Part shown: positions 8,560 through 20,527 of the stretch, piece after piece
Layout of the letters: every line of letters starts with the position of its first letter
Position numbering within the stretch: position 1 is the first letter of the stretch
Assembly: GCA_963664395.2 (NCBI GenBank)
Contig: OY761159.2
Span: 2,464,001 to 2,528,000 of the forward strand
Direction of reading: 5' to 3'
DNA: 64,000 bases
Source of the DNA: Candidatus Binatia bacterium
GTDB lineage: Bacteria; Desulfobacterota; Binatia; Bin18
Notes under the pieces: model-generated
What the model was told of the DNA's origin: nothing
Database searches by the model: none
Seen by the model: only the letters and a program-made list of their open reading frames with translations
Translations under genes and position numbers: made by a program

Positions 8560-10305
8560 ATGCTTCCGCATGGACATTATCTGAGTGAGCACCATTTTCT
8601 GATTTTTTTGCTTCAGATCCTGCTGTTGCTGGTGATGGCGCGTGGGTTGGGTGAGGTCTTTCGCCATTGGGGTCATCCGTCCGTTGTCGGGGAAATCCTG
8701 GTTGGTCTTCTCCTGGGTCCAACGCTGCTCGGGCGTCTCTCGCCCGAACTCTACCAGACCCTGTTCCCGCCGGACCCGATCCAATACACCATGCTGGAAA
8801 CGGTTTCCTGGTTTGGCGTGCTCCTGCTCTTGCTTGAGACGGGTCTTGAAGTCGACGTGTCCGCGGCGTGGCAGCAACGTGGCACCGCACTCCGCATTGG
8901 CATTATTGGCGTTATCGTTCCCCTGGCCGTTGGCTTTCTCTTATCGCTGTTGCTGCCTGACCATTACCTCGCCATACCAGACCAGCGGGTGACCTTCGCC
9001 CTCTTCTTAGGCACGACCATGGCAATCAGTGCCATGGTCATTATCGCCCGCGTGCTGCACGACCTGGATTTGATCAAGAGTGACCTGGGGCTGTTAACCC
9101 TGTGTGGCTACGCGGTGAACGATATTTTGGCCTGGGTGATTCTCAGCCTCGTGTTTGCGACCGCAGCGGCTGCCAGCCTGAGCGTTGGTTCGGTCATCCT
9201 GTTGCTGGGGACAGCCGTCGGCTTTACCGCCTTTTGTCTCTCGCTGGGTTTACGCATTGTTGACCAATCGCTGACCGGATTGGTCAAACGCTTACCGCAC
9301 CAACCCGGCGTTGTCCTCACCTTTGTGTGTTGCTTGGGATTGCTGTGTGGGGCAGTCACCCAGTGGATCGGGCTGACTGCCCTGCTTGGGTTTTTTCTGG
9401 CCGGGATTATGGCTGGAGATGCCGGGGCACTTTCTGAGCGGGTGCGGCAGATCCTTACTCAGATGGCCCACGCGATTTTCGTGCCACTCTATTTTGCGAC
9501 GATCGCCATCCAAATAGACTTCTTTGCGCAGTTTGATGCCTTTCTCGTCCTTTTTGTGACCGTCGTCTCAATCGGAGGGAAGTATTTTGGGGCGTGGCTG
9601 GGGGCTCAACAAGCCGGCCTTCCTCCTGTAGACCGGGTTTCAATCGGTATTGCTTTTACTCCCAGTGGCGTGACCGGCATTGTGGTTGCCGCCGTGGCGG
9701 TGGAGCATCAAATCATTACCATTCCAGTCTTTGTTTCTATTGTCCTCTCGGCGATTATCTCTTCTCTTATTGTCGGACCCTGGCTGATGTGGTCCATTCG
9801 ACGCCGACCGGCTATGAATATCGCCGAGCTGTTTGTGCGTCGGGCGCTGATTCCTGGCTTGACCGGCATGACGCGCCGGGCGGTGATCCGGGAACTCTGT
9901 CAGGAAATAGCGGAACACCATCATGCCTTGGACCAGGAAACCGTATTCGCGGCGGTTCAGGCTCGGGAAGAGTTGATGGGGACGGGCGTCGGGAGTGGGA
10001 TTGCCATCCCGCATGCCCGTCTGGCAGCGCTCTCGAAACCTGTGCTTACCTGCGGACGTTCGCCGGCTGGGGTTGATTGGGACGCCCCGGATGGATTGCC
10101 CGTGCAGTTGGTCTTTCTGCTGCTCACGCCTGTTCAGGACGAGGGTGCGCAGTTGCAGATTCTGGCGGCGATAGCCCGCACGATGAGTGCACAAGAGGTG
10201 CGACAGAGCTTGGTACAGGCTGAGGATGCAGCCGAGTTGTGGCAGCGCTTGCACGACGTGTTGCAGTCGGCCGAGGCTCAGGTCGTACCACACCAGCCCG
10301 CCTAG
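8560..10305 (+). CDS. Cation:proton antiporter (CPA2/Kef-type) fused to a C-terminal PTS EIIA domain
   Basis: Many TM helices, PSVVGEILVGLLLGP and GLEVD; C-terminal AREELMGTGVGSGIAIPHAR and WDAPDGLPVQLVFLLL. Confidence 0.88.
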   Translation: MLPHGHYLSEHHFLIFLLQILLLLVMARGLGEVFRHWGHPSVVGEILVGLLLGPTLLGRLSPELYQTLFPPDPIQYTMLETVSWFGVLLLLLETGLEVDVSAAWQQRGTALRIGIIGVIVPLAVGFLLSLLLPDHYLAIPDQRVTFALFLGTTMAISAMVIIARVLHDLDLIKSDLGLLTLCGYAVNDILAWVILSLVFATAAAASLSVGSVILLLGTAVGFTAFCLSLGLRIVDQSLTGLVKRLPHQPGVVLTFVCCLGLLCGAVTQWIGLTALLGFFLAGIMAGDAGALSERVRQILTQMAHAIFVPLYFATIAIQIDFFAQFDAFLVLFVTVVSIGGKYFGAWLGAQQAGLPPVDRVSIGIAFTPSGVTGIVVAAVAVEHQIITIPVFVSIVLSAIISSLIVGPWLMWSIRRRPAMNIAELFVRRALIPGLTGMTRRAVIRELCQEIAEHHHALDQETVFAAVQAREELMGTGVGSGIAIPHARLAALSKPVLTCGRSPAGVDWDAPDGLPVQLVFLLLTPVQDEGAQLQILAAIARTMSAQEVRQSLVQAEDAAELWQRLHDVLQSAEAQVVPHQPA

Positions 10306-10307
10306 AT

Positions 10308-10366
10308 GTAGGGGCAACCCCCTGTGGTTGCCCGCCCCTGTGGTTGCCCGCCCCTGTGGTTGCCCG
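10308..10366. repeat. GTAG-type REP with a 16-bp unit (cccctgtggttgcccg) repeated three times
   Basis: gtaggggcaacccc... lies between convergent genes; same family at 61170-61225 and 17374-17400. Confidence 0.8.
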
Positions 10367-10399
10367 GTCTGCCATTCGACCCAGTGACGACTCGCAATT

Positions 10400-11797
10400 T
10401 TACAATAAATTATAGCGCTTCATCCGCTCCCGCAGGACATTGCGACTCACGCCCAGCAGCCGGGCGGCCTGGACCTGATTATAGCGAGAGAGTTCAAGCG
10501 CCTTGCCGACAACAAGTTGCTCGGAACGAGCAAGGACATTGCCCGCGTGCTGGGCAAACAGCTCTTCCAGGGTTGCATTCAGGGCGGCTTCGACGTTGGG
10601 CGGTGGGGATACGGAGGCTGCCGGAGCACTGCTGGTGGGCAGGATGAGATCTTCCTCGGTAATAAGCGGGCCACGTGAGTATAGTACCGTTTGGGCAATA
10701 ACGTTCTCAAGCTCACGGACATTCCCCGGCCAGGAGTAGGCGAGGAGTTTCTCACCGGCGGTCGCAGAAAACTCTTGCGGTCCGTTTTTATTGTCCTGCG
10801 TATGCAGTCGAAGGAGATGCTTGGCTATGAGGAGGATGTCTTCCCCGCGCTCCCGCAAGGGCGGCAGATTAATCCGCACGACATTGAGTCGATAATACAA
10901 GTCTTCACGAAACCGTCCATCTTGAAGCAGCGTTTCGAGCGCCTGGTTGGTCGCCGCAATAATACGCACGTTGATCTGCCGTGAGCGCCGTCCTCCCAGC
11001 CGGTATATCTCGCGTTCTTGCAAAACGCGGAGCAGTTTGGCCTGGAGGAGGGGGGGCATGTCTCCAATTTCATCCAGGAATAGCGTTCCGCCGTGGGCGA
11101 TCTCAAATTTTCCTGGGCGTGATTCGACTGCCCCGGAAAAGGCGCCTCGCTCATGGCCAAACAGCTCACTTTCCAGCAGGGAGTCTGGAATGGCTGCACA
11201 ATTAATGGCCAGGAATGGTCCATTACTGCGTTGCGAGTAGGTATGCAGGGCGTGGGCAACAAGCTCTTTGCCCGTACCGCTTTCGCCTGTAATCAAAATC
11301 GTAATGTCACGCGCCGCACTTTTGCCGATAATTTTATACACTTCCTGCATAGCCTGACTGTTCCCCAACATGGGGACAGACTCGGGCGGCAGTGTTTCCG
11401 CACTCGCTCCGTGCGGGGGAATGGCGGGGTCTTCAGAGCTATGTTTTTGGAGCGTACGGACAATCAGCTGCTTCAGGGTTTCGACATCAAAGGGCTTGAC
11501 CAGATAGTCGTCCGCATCAAGCGTGGTAGACCGGATGGCCGTTTCGGCTAAAACAAAAGCCGTCATCATGATGACGGGGATGGTTGGCTGGCGCTGTTTG
11601 ATTTCTTCCAGGGTAGAGAGTCCGTCGCGGTTGGGCATGCGTACGTCCATGAGGATGAGCCGTAAGGCCGGATCGTCTATTTTTTCCAGCGCTTCGACCC
11701 CGGAGAATGCTGACAGCAGTTCGTATTCCTGACCGAGGACGCGTCGAAAGGAATAGTGGACGTTGCGTTCATCATCGACAATAAGAATCTTTTCCAT
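10400..11797 (-). CDS. Sigma-54-dependent response regulator (NtrC family)
   Basis: REC domain (ILIVDDE, MDVRMP, KPFD); AAA+ GESGTGKE, ESELFGHERGAFSGA, LFLDEIG, WPGNVRELEN; Fis-type HTH. True start at MEKILIVDD. Confidence 0.93.
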   Translation of the reverse strand: MEKILIVDDERNVHYSFRRVLGQEYELLSAFSGVEALEKIDDPALRLILMDVRMPNRDGLSTLEEIKQRQPTIPVIMMTAFVLAETAIRSTTLDADDYLVKPFDVETLKQLIVRTLQKHSSEDPAIPPHGASAETLPPESVPMLGNSQAMQEVYKIIGKSAARDITILITGESGTGKELVAHALHTYSQRSNGPFLAINCAAIPDSLLESELFGHERGAFSGAVESRPGKFEIAHGGTLFLDEIGDMPPLLQAKLLRVLQEREIYRLGGRRSRQINVRIIAATNQALETLLQDGRFREDLYYRLNVVRINLPPLRERGEDILLIAKHLLRLHTQDNKNGPQEFSATAGEKLLAYSWPGNVRELENVIAQTVLYSRGPLITEEDLILPTSSAPAASVSPPPNVEAALNATLEELFAQHAGNVLARSEQLVVGKALELSRYNQVQAARLLGVSRNVLRERMKRYNLL

Positions 11798-11801
11798 ATG
11801 G

Positions 11802-13068
11802 CTAGAGTGGGAGGCGGATGCAAACCGTTGTTCCTGCTCCTGGCTGAGAGAAGAGGCGCAGGCGTCCGTTATGGCCTTCAATAATACGTTGCGATATGGA
11901 CAGCCCGAGCCCGGTGCCGCCTTGTTTGGTCGTAAAAAACGGGTCAAAGAGCTGTGTCCGAACCCGTGGCGAGATGCCTTCACCTTGGTCAGCAATGGAG
12001 ACCTGAAAGCTGGCCGCTACCGACTCCGATGTGAACGGTCAGTGTCCCGCCGTGTGGCATGGCCTGAATGGCATTGAGCAAGAGGTTCAAGAACACCTGC
12101 TTGATCTGGGCCCCGTCAACCCAGGCCAAGGGGAGATCGTCGGCCCAATCCTTGCGGATGATGACCCCACGCACGCGCGCTTCCGGACCAATCAAGAGAA
12201 GGGTTTCTTCCATGACTTCCTGGAGTCGTTCGCGTTGAAAATGCGGCGAACGCGGGCCGGCAAATTCCAGAAACTGATCGAGGAGGAGTTTGATGCGTTG
12301 CAACTCGCCCTGGACAATATTGAGATCATCCGACAGCCCGTTCGGTAGGGCTTGGCCTCGCGGGTAGTCCCTTTGATAGTCCCTCTGATAGTCTCTCTGA
12401 TAGTCTTGGGCCATGGCGTAGATCAACATGCTGACCGTATTCAGCGGGTTGCGCAGTTCATGGGCCAGTCCTGCGGACAGCTTGCCCAGGGCGGCCAATT
12501 TCTCGGATTGACGCAGCTGTTCTCTGGCCTGCATTTCTTCCCGATGGAGGGTAGCATTTTCTATGGCAATGGCAGATTGGCTGGCGAGCAAGGTCAGCAG
12601 CCGGACGTCACTCTCCTCAAAACTACGCGGTTCTGTCTTATAGACATTCAGGACGCCGATAATATCAGTCTTGGTCCGCAGCGGAACGGAGAGCAGTGAG
12701 CACAGTCCCTCACGTCGGGCCAGGTCTGCCACGCGGTAGCGTGTTTCTTCCCGAACATCCGGCGCGTACAGCGGCTGGCCGGTTTTGATCACTTCCCCAG
12801 TCAGACTCGTAGCGACCTCGCGTGCCGGCTGGGCGAGGTATTCTTCGCTCGCTCCCTCAGTGGCTGCGGGCCGCAGCGTGCCTTCTTCGGGATTCAGGAG
12901 GAGGATGGAGGAGACGCGCGCAGCCATGAGACGACGGGCATGCGCAACAATACGCTGGAGCACTTCTTCCAATTGTAAAGTTGATGAGATTTCAGCCCCA
13001 ACGGTGAACAGAGCTTCGAGCCGTTCTTCGAGATGTCCCTGGAGCGTATGCATCGCGACCTTTCTCAA
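11802..13068 (-). pseudogene. GAF-domain sensor histidine kinase, frameshifted near 12007 (possibly a sequencing error)
   Basis: GAF domain, H-box LAHELRNPL, N-box QVFLNLLLNAIQA. The G1/F/G2 boxes (IADQGEGI, LFDPFFTTK, GTGLGL) continue in another frame to TAG at 11802-11804. Confidence 0.85.
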
Positions 13069-13164
13069 AATGGGACCGAGTAGAAGAGTATGGTGCGAGC
13101 CATATCCCCAAGGGTGTCCGATTGGAGTGGAAGCAGGACGGGAACCTCCCGTCCTGCTTGGTGG

Positions 13165-14607
13165 TTAGGCCTCTTCCGCACGGAGACGTGGAGTTGGTTC
13201 CGCCAGCATCGATTGCCGGCTGGCCATACCAATAGTCGAACCCCCTGAGGAGAACAGCTGAGAGGCGCCGTAGGCCACGTTGCCATGCTCGCCAACATCC
13301 AAGCCCTCGGACTCTTCTTCCGGCGAGACCCGGAGTCCCATGCTGGCCTTAATGATGCCGAAAAGGATAAGGGCAAACGTAAAGGTAAAGATACCAATTG
13401 CGACGATACCGATGATCTGACTGACGAGCTGCGCACCACCGGCCAAGTTACCGAAAATGCCGACCGCCAGGGTGCCCCAGATGCCACAGGTGAGGTGGAC
13501 GGAGAGAGCGCCGACCGGGTCGTCAATCTTGATTTTGTCAAAGAACAACACAGACCCAACAACAATCGCGCCGGCAATCAGCCCAATCAGCGTGGCTGAC
13601 ATAGCTGCCATTTGATCCGCACCCGCGGTAATACCGACGAGTCCGGCCAGAATCCCGTTTAACGCCATGGAGAGGTCCGGTTTTTGGAGGAGTATCCAAG
13701 AGGTGGCCATCGCGCCCACACCACCGGCCGCGGCTGCAATACAGGTCGTGACCAGGGTTAAAGAGACGAGATTGGGGTCGCCTGAAAGGACGGAACCGCC
13801 ATTAAATCCAAACCAACCCAGCCACAGCAAGAAGACGCCAATAGTGGCAAGCGGCATATTACTGGGCAAAATGGGTCGAATACGGCCATCTGGGAGATAT
13901 TTCCCCATCCGGGGGCCAAGTAGGATGGCACCAGCCAGGGCTCCCCAACCACCAACTGAATGGACGATGGTTGAGCCGGCAAAGTCATAAAAGGGCGTTT
14001 CCATCATATCCAGCCAGCCCGCGCCCCACTTCCAACTACCGGTGATGGGATAGGAGACCGCTACAAAGAGAGTTGCAAACACCATGAAAGAGGACAGCTT
14101 TATCCGCTCTGCAACCGCGCCGGAGACAATGGTTGCCGCAGTCGCCGCAAACATGGCTTGGAAGAGAAAGTCTGTCCAATAGGTATAGCCCTCACTGTAC
14201 ACGCTGGTCTGTGAAGCCACTTCGTCCGTCACCTCAACGCCAAACCCGGCAAACGCAAACCAGCCGGCAGAGCCTTCGGCAAAACCTGGATACATCAGAT
14301 TAAACCCACACAGCGCGTAGGTAAGAATGCCGATGCAGATGACAAAGGTGTTTTTGAATAAGATATTAACGGTGTTCTTGGATTGCGTCAGACCTGACTC
14401 CAGGGTGGCAAAACCAAGGTGCATAATGAACACGAGCGCCGCCGCTATCATCATCCACAAGTTATGTGCGGTAAACAGGGCAAAACCCTGTGACGCGGCA
14501 AATTCTGCGTAATCTTTGTACTGTGGTGCGTCTTCGGCAAAGGCGAGCGGTGCAAGCAGCCCGATGCCAAGCGTAGCGAGTGACCCCAAAGCGAATAAAC
14601 GTTTCAT
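13165..14607 (-). CDS. amtB: Ammonium transporter
   Basis: FQAMFAATAATIVSGAVAER, DFAGSTIVHSVGG, GWFGFNGGS, DDPVGALSVH; RBS GAAGGAGG before MKRLF. Confidence 0.96.
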   Translation of the reverse strand: MKRLFALGSLATLGIGLLAPLAFAEDAPQYKDYAEFAASQGFALFTAHNLWMMIAAALVFIMHLGFATLESGLTQSKNTVNILFKNTFVICIGILTYALCGFNLMYPGFAEGSAGWFAFAGFGVEVTDEVASQTSVYSEGYTYWTDFLFQAMFAATAATIVSGAVAERIKLSSFMVFATLFVAVSYPITGSWKWGAGWLDMMETPFYDFAGSTIVHSVGGWGALAGAILLGPRMGKYLPDGRIRPILPSNMPLATIGVFLLWLGWFGFNGGSVLSGDPNLVSLTLVTTCIAAAAGGVGAMATSWILLQKPDLSMALNGILAGLVGITAGADQMAAMSATLIGLIAGAIVVGSVLFFDKIKIDDPVGALSVHLTCGIWGTLAVGIFGNLAGGAQLVSQIIGIVAIGIFTFTFALILFGIIKASMGLRVSPEEESEGLDVGEHGNVAYGASQLFSSGGSTIGMASRQSMLAEPTPRLRAEEA

Positions 14608-14792
14608 CCCAACCTCCTTCTGTGGTGCGATACGTTCCTTCCTGCCTTCATAACGTGTTGAGATGCCCTGCCCCACACAAGTATCGAGAATGCCATTTTG
14701 ATTCGGTTGATATTCTCGATACTTTCGGTTGTCATGCCAGGGCTCCTTATCGATGTTGCCCTCACAACATCAGAGCCCCGGCACGGTTAGTA

Positions 14793-16452
<1,660 letters not shown>

Positions 16453-16519
16453 GCATTACCCCCTTAAGATAAAAATGTGACCCTTGAATTCTGGCTGGGA
16501 CACAACTCTGGGTATGATG

Positions 16520-16535
16520 AGCAAAGCTGATGCCA
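16520..16535 (-). promoter_or_regulatory. Sigma-54 promoter of the porin-glnK-amtB operon
   Basis: Minus strand TGGCAT-CAGCT-TTGCT, near-perfect consensus, about 70 bp upstream of the porin start. Confidence 0.8.
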
Positions 16536-16733
16536 ATTCGTAGAGGAGGAAAGTCCGGGGAAATCAAAGAAGTTTTTCTTTTTTTGGAAGATGTTGCGAA
16601 GATGTTGCTTAGAAGAGCGGCACCTGAAGGCAGGACTGCCTAAACTCTGAACAGACGACGTTGACACAGCCCCCACCATATCTGCTATGTATCCTGTATC
16701 TGTCAGGAAAAAATCTGAAAGGAGAAAAACACC

Positions 16734-17348
16734 ATGTCACATGCGGATTTTGAAGTACGCCAACTCCTCAAGGCGTATCGCAAGGGAATAATCTCGGATG
16801 CTCTCTTCGAGGAACAGATGAATGAGCTGGGCACCGGTCAGGCAAACGGGGCGGCAGCGTATACGTATAACGGGACGCCTCATGCCACGGAAAAGGGCAT
16901 GATTCTGGCGCTCTTGGATGAATACCGCTGCGGGGAAAATTTCGCAGCCGAGTATCTCAACGACTGGCTTGTGGTGAGTGACCAGGCCTGTGTGAAGGGC
17001 GGCCTGCAAACGATTCAGCAACGGGAAGCCTTTCATGCCCAACTCCTGGAAGCCCGCCTGCGTGAGTTGGGGGGCAGCCCGCAGTGTATGGTCCCGGCCG
17101 AACGGCGAGAGAAGGAATTGCCCTTCTTTGCCTCAAAAGAGAAAACCGATGTGGAGAAGCTCCAATCCATTGCCGAGTTGATCAAAGACCCCGAGGCCGT
17201 CTTGAGGCCGATTACCGATTCTATTGATCAGATTCAGGATGATCAGCAGACCAAAGAACTCCTGCGGACCATCATTGACGACGAAATGTCGAGCATCAAA
17301 TGGCTCATGGAGTCGTGTGAGATGCTCAGTGCGCCAAAAGCCGCCTAG
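16734..17348 (+). CDS. Ferritin-like domain protein
   Basis: RBS AAGGAG; helical, with E..., REAFH and IIDDE carboxylate motifs; short SHOCT-like N-terminus (YRKGIISDALFEEQ). Confidence 0.6.
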   Translation: MSHADFEVRQLLKAYRKGIISDALFEEQMNELGTGQANGAAAYTYNGTPHATEKGMILALLDEYRCGENFAAEYLNDWLVVSDQACVKGGLQTIQQREAFHAQLLEARLRELGGSPQCMVPAERREKELPFFASKEKTDVEKLQSIAELIKDPEAVLRPITDSIDQIQDDQQTKELLRTIIDDEMSSIKWLMESCEMLSAPKAA

Positions 17349-17373
17349 CGGTACAATTTCCTCATTTGTTATA

Positions 17374-17400
17374 TAGGGGCACGGCATGCCGTGCCCCTAC
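17374..17400. repeat. GTAG-type REP palindrome
   Basis: taggggcacggcatgccgtgcccctac, a perfect inverted repeat. Confidence 0.75.
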
Positions 17401-17425
17401 TCATTCTGACGGTAGTTCAGAATCA

Positions 17426-20400
17426 ATGCCTGATGATGTTTCCCCCACTGTCCTTCGCCCTCTCCTGTCTCTGCGTGGCCCTCTGACTGCCTCCTGGAAA
17501 CATATGGTCGCCGGAGTTGCGCAGGCTCCGGACCCATCTTTAGCCGCGGCTAATCTGAGCCGCCTATTAGAACATGGATTCGGGACGGGAGTCGTCCTGC
17601 ATTCTGCTGATCTGTCTCGTGACCTGGTGTTTCTTTTAGGGGCAAGTCAGCATCTCACGAATGTGCTGCTTCACCAGGGGCAACACTGGGAGGCGGTCTT
17701 TCTGGCCGCTCACAGCGCGGCGGAAAAATCGACGCCGACCCACCTCCAAGCGTGTCGTGCGGCCCTCCCTGTGAATCTTGCTGAAGACGATTTTTTACGA
17801 GGGCTGCGAGCCTACCGCAACCGTGAATATCTGCGGATTGGAACGCGAGACCTGCTGGCTCATGCTTCCCTTGAAGAGACGACGCACGATTTGAGCGCGC
17901 TGGCTGATGCCGCGGTCCAGATTGCGTACGAATATACTCGGGCAAGAATGGAGCGGGACTACGGCGCGGCCCTTATTGAAGATGAGGAGGCCGGAGAAAA
18001 GCGCCCGATTGCATTCGTCGTTTTTGGTATGGGCAAACTCGGGGGAGAAGAACTCAATTTCAGTTCGGACATCGACCTCATCTACCTGTACGAATGTAAT
18101 GCCGGCCCCACAACTGGTGGAAGAAAGGGTCAGGTTGACACGCGTACCTATTTTACCGAGCTTGCCCGGCATCTCACGCATGCCCTCAGTACCTCTGGTG
18201 CCGGTGGTCTTGTATTCCGGGTTGACCTCCGCCTGCGTCCGTATGGGATGAATGGCCAGATTGTCAACTCTCTGACAAATACACTGTCGTATTATGAGTC
18301 CTGGGGCCAAACCTGGGAACGTATCGCTCTGCTCAAGGCGCGGCCCATTGCCGGAGAGCAGGCGTTAGGAGAGCGCTTTTTGCGCGAAGTGGCGCCATTT
18401 ATCCTGCGCCGCTACCTCGACTTTAGCATGGTCGAGGATATTAAATACCTGAAGGCTCGGATCGAGCGCTCGCTGCACCGGGCCGACCGCGAGCGGATGA
18501 ACGTGAAGCTCGGTCGGGGTGGTATACGAGAGATTGAATTTGTGACCCAAGTCCTGCAACTCATCCATGCCGGAAAAGACCCACGCGTCTTGGAGCGGAA
18601 CACACTGGCGGCCCTCGACCGTTTGGTTGAGAGTGCCTGTCTCACCGCCTCGGACCGCGCTGCCCTGGCCTCAGCCTATCGCTTCCTGCGGCAGGTCGAG
18701 CACAAGATACAAGTGGTGCACGACCGCCAAACGCATACTCTGCCTGGGTCTGAAGAAAAAATGCGGGCATTGGCGCGTCGCCTGCGTGGTGCGGGCAAGA
18801 CCGAAGCGGCAGAAGATGCCCTGCGCGTTTTTCTGACGACCCTCCAGGATCATACTCGCGCTGTCCACACGATTTTCCGCTCTCTTTTTCGCATCCCTGA
18901 AGAGAGCTCCGAGGCTGACGGAACTGCAGAGCAGGCGACCATTGAAGCACTCTTCCACGAGTTGCAGCACCCGGAGCGGACCAAGCAGCGTCTGAAGCGA
19001 CTTGGGTTTCGGGAACTGACCCCCACGTATGAGCGCCTGCATTTGCTGCACGATGGTCCTTCGTATGCGCCCGCCTCGCCGAGACGGCGCCAGCTTTTGT
19101 ACGCGCTTGCCCCCACACTCTTCCACGAAGTGTGTCGCGCGGCAGACCCGGACCGGGCGTTAGCCTATATGGCGGATTTGGTGGCGTCGATTGGCGCTCG
19201 GTCGAGCTTTCTATCGTTATTGCGTGAGAATCCACAGACCTTACACACGCTCATCGGTCTGTTTGGCAGCAGTCCCTATCTGTCCCGAATTTTTTTACGA
19301 CGACCGGAATTACTCGACAGCCTGGTCCGGGCCGACTTGGTCCACGTGCATAAGTCTCAAGAGCTGATGCACGACGAGCTTATGGCCCGCATTGCGGGTG
19401 CTCCGGAACTCGAGGACCGACTCGATATTTTACGTGAATATCGAAGTGAGGAGTTTCTGCGTATTGGCATTAACGACATCAATGGCCAGCTCGATTTCCC
19501 GTCAGCGAGTGCCCAACTGTCAGACCTTGCGGAAGCCTGTCTCCATGGGGCGTATGAGACCGCCCGCTCGGCGCTGTTAGAGAAATTGGAGCGGACAGAC
19601 CTGCCTGGCCGGATTGTTATCGTGGGCATGGGAAAGCTGGGCGCGCGCGAGTTAAACTATAATTCGGACCTGGACCTCATCTTCCTGTACGAGCCAAGTC
19701 CCGCCTCACCGGACGAGCAGGACAGGACAGACTCCGCCGCGCAAGAAATTTTTGCGAAATTGGTACAGCGCTTGATTTCCATTCTCCAGGTCCAAACGCG
19801 TGAGGGCGCAGTGTATAAAATTGACACTCGTTTGCGTCCCTCCGGCCGCGCCGGTTCGCTGGTGTCTTCTATGGCAGCCTTTACCCGCTATCATCAGAGT
19901 CAGGCGCAACTATGGGAACGGCAAGCGCTCATTAAGGCGCGTGCCGTGGCGGGAGATAGCGTCCTTGCGGTTCAGGTCAATGCCTTGTTTGAGCACTCTG
20001 TCTATAACAAACCAATTCTGGCTGCCGACGTAGCTGAAATTCAGCGCTTGCGCGGCCGTATGGAACTCGAGGTCGCCGGGGAGACAAACGAGCGGTTTAA
20101 TATTAAAACTGGTCGGGGTGGTCTTGTAGACGTTGAGTTTCTTGTACAGATGTTACAGCTCCGCTATGGTTATCACCTTCCTGCATTGCGGCAGAGGAAT
20201 ACGCTCACTGCCTTGGACGCCTTGCGGGCATGTCAGGTGCTCTCTGGTGAAGAGAGTCGGGTGCTCAGGCAGGGCTACCAGTTCTTGCGTAAGCTGGAAA
20301 ATCGATTGCGTATTGAACGAGACCAGCCTGTTGAGGCGCTGGAAAATAATGCTGAGCAGTTGACGGCGCTTGCTCGGCGGATGGGCTACGACGGGGCCGA

Positions 20401-20527
20401 TGCGGGCTCGTGCGTATTGGCCGAATACCACACGCAGCGGGAAACGATCCGGGCGTGCTATAGTCGTCTGTTTGAAAGAGAACAGGGAGATCTGTATGAG
20501 GGAAGAGCCAGGACAATCGCCCCCTGA
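17426..20527 (+). CDS. glnE: Bifunctional glutamine synthetase adenylyltransferase/adenylyl-removing enzyme
   Basis: Two nucleotidyltransferase domains: MGKLGGEELNFSSDIDL...RVDLRLRP...KLGRGGIREIEF and MGKLGARELNYNSDLDL...IDTRLRP...KTGRGGLVDVEF. Confidence 0.95.
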   Translation: MPDDVSPTVLRPLLSLRGPLTASWKHMVAGVAQAPDPSLAAANLSRLLEHGFGTGVVLHSADLSRDLVFLLGASQHLTNVLLHQGQHWEAVFLAAHSAAEKSTPTHLQACRAALPVNLAEDDFLRGLRAYRNREYLRIGTRDLLAHASLEETTHDLSALADAAVQIAYEYTRARMERDYGAALIEDEEAGEKRPIAFVVFGMGKLGGEELNFSSDIDLIYLYECNAGPTTGGRKGQVDTRTYFTELARHLTHALSTSGAGGLVFRVDLRLRPYGMNGQIVNSLTNTLSYYESWGQTWERIALLKARPIAGEQALGERFLREVAPFILRRYLDFSMVEDIKYLKARIERSLHRADRERMNVKLGRGGIREIEFVTQVLQLIHAGKDPRVLERNTLAALDRLVESACLTASDRAALASAYRFLRQVEHKIQVVHDRQTHTLPGSEEKMRALARRLRGAGKTEAAEDALRVFLTTLQDHTRAVHTIFRSLFRIPEESSEADGTAEQATIEALFHELQHPERTKQRLKRLGFRELTPTYERLHLLHDGPSYAPASPRRRQLLYALAPTLFHEVCRAADPDRALAYMADLVASIGARSSFLSLLRENPQTLHTLIGLFGSSPYLSRIFLRRPELLDSLVRADLVHVHKSQELMHDELMARIAGAPELEDRLDILREYRSEEFLRIGINDINGQLDFPSASAQLSDLAEACLHGAYETARSALLEKLERTDLPGRIVIVGMGKLGARELNYNSDLDLIFLYEPSPASPDEQDRTDSAAQEIFAKLVQRLISILQVQTREGAVYKIDTRLRPSGRAGSLVSSMAAFTRYHQSQAQLWERQALIKARAVAGDSVLAVQVNALFEHSVYNKPILAADVAEIQRLRGRMELEVAGETNERFNIKTGRGGLVDVEFLVQMLQLRYGYHLPALRQRNTLTALDALRACQVLSGEESRVLRQGYQFLRKLENRLRIERDQPVEALENNAEQLTALARRMGYDGADAGSCVLAEYHTQRETIRACYSRLFEREQGDLYEGRARTIAP

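Noticed and set aside
10308-10366. Possible CRISPR array
   Set aside because: Units are contiguous 16-mers without spacers and derive from a REP; no cas genes in the window.
11798-11995. N-terminal extension of the response regulator
   Set aside because: This DNA encodes the kinase C-terminus in another frame.
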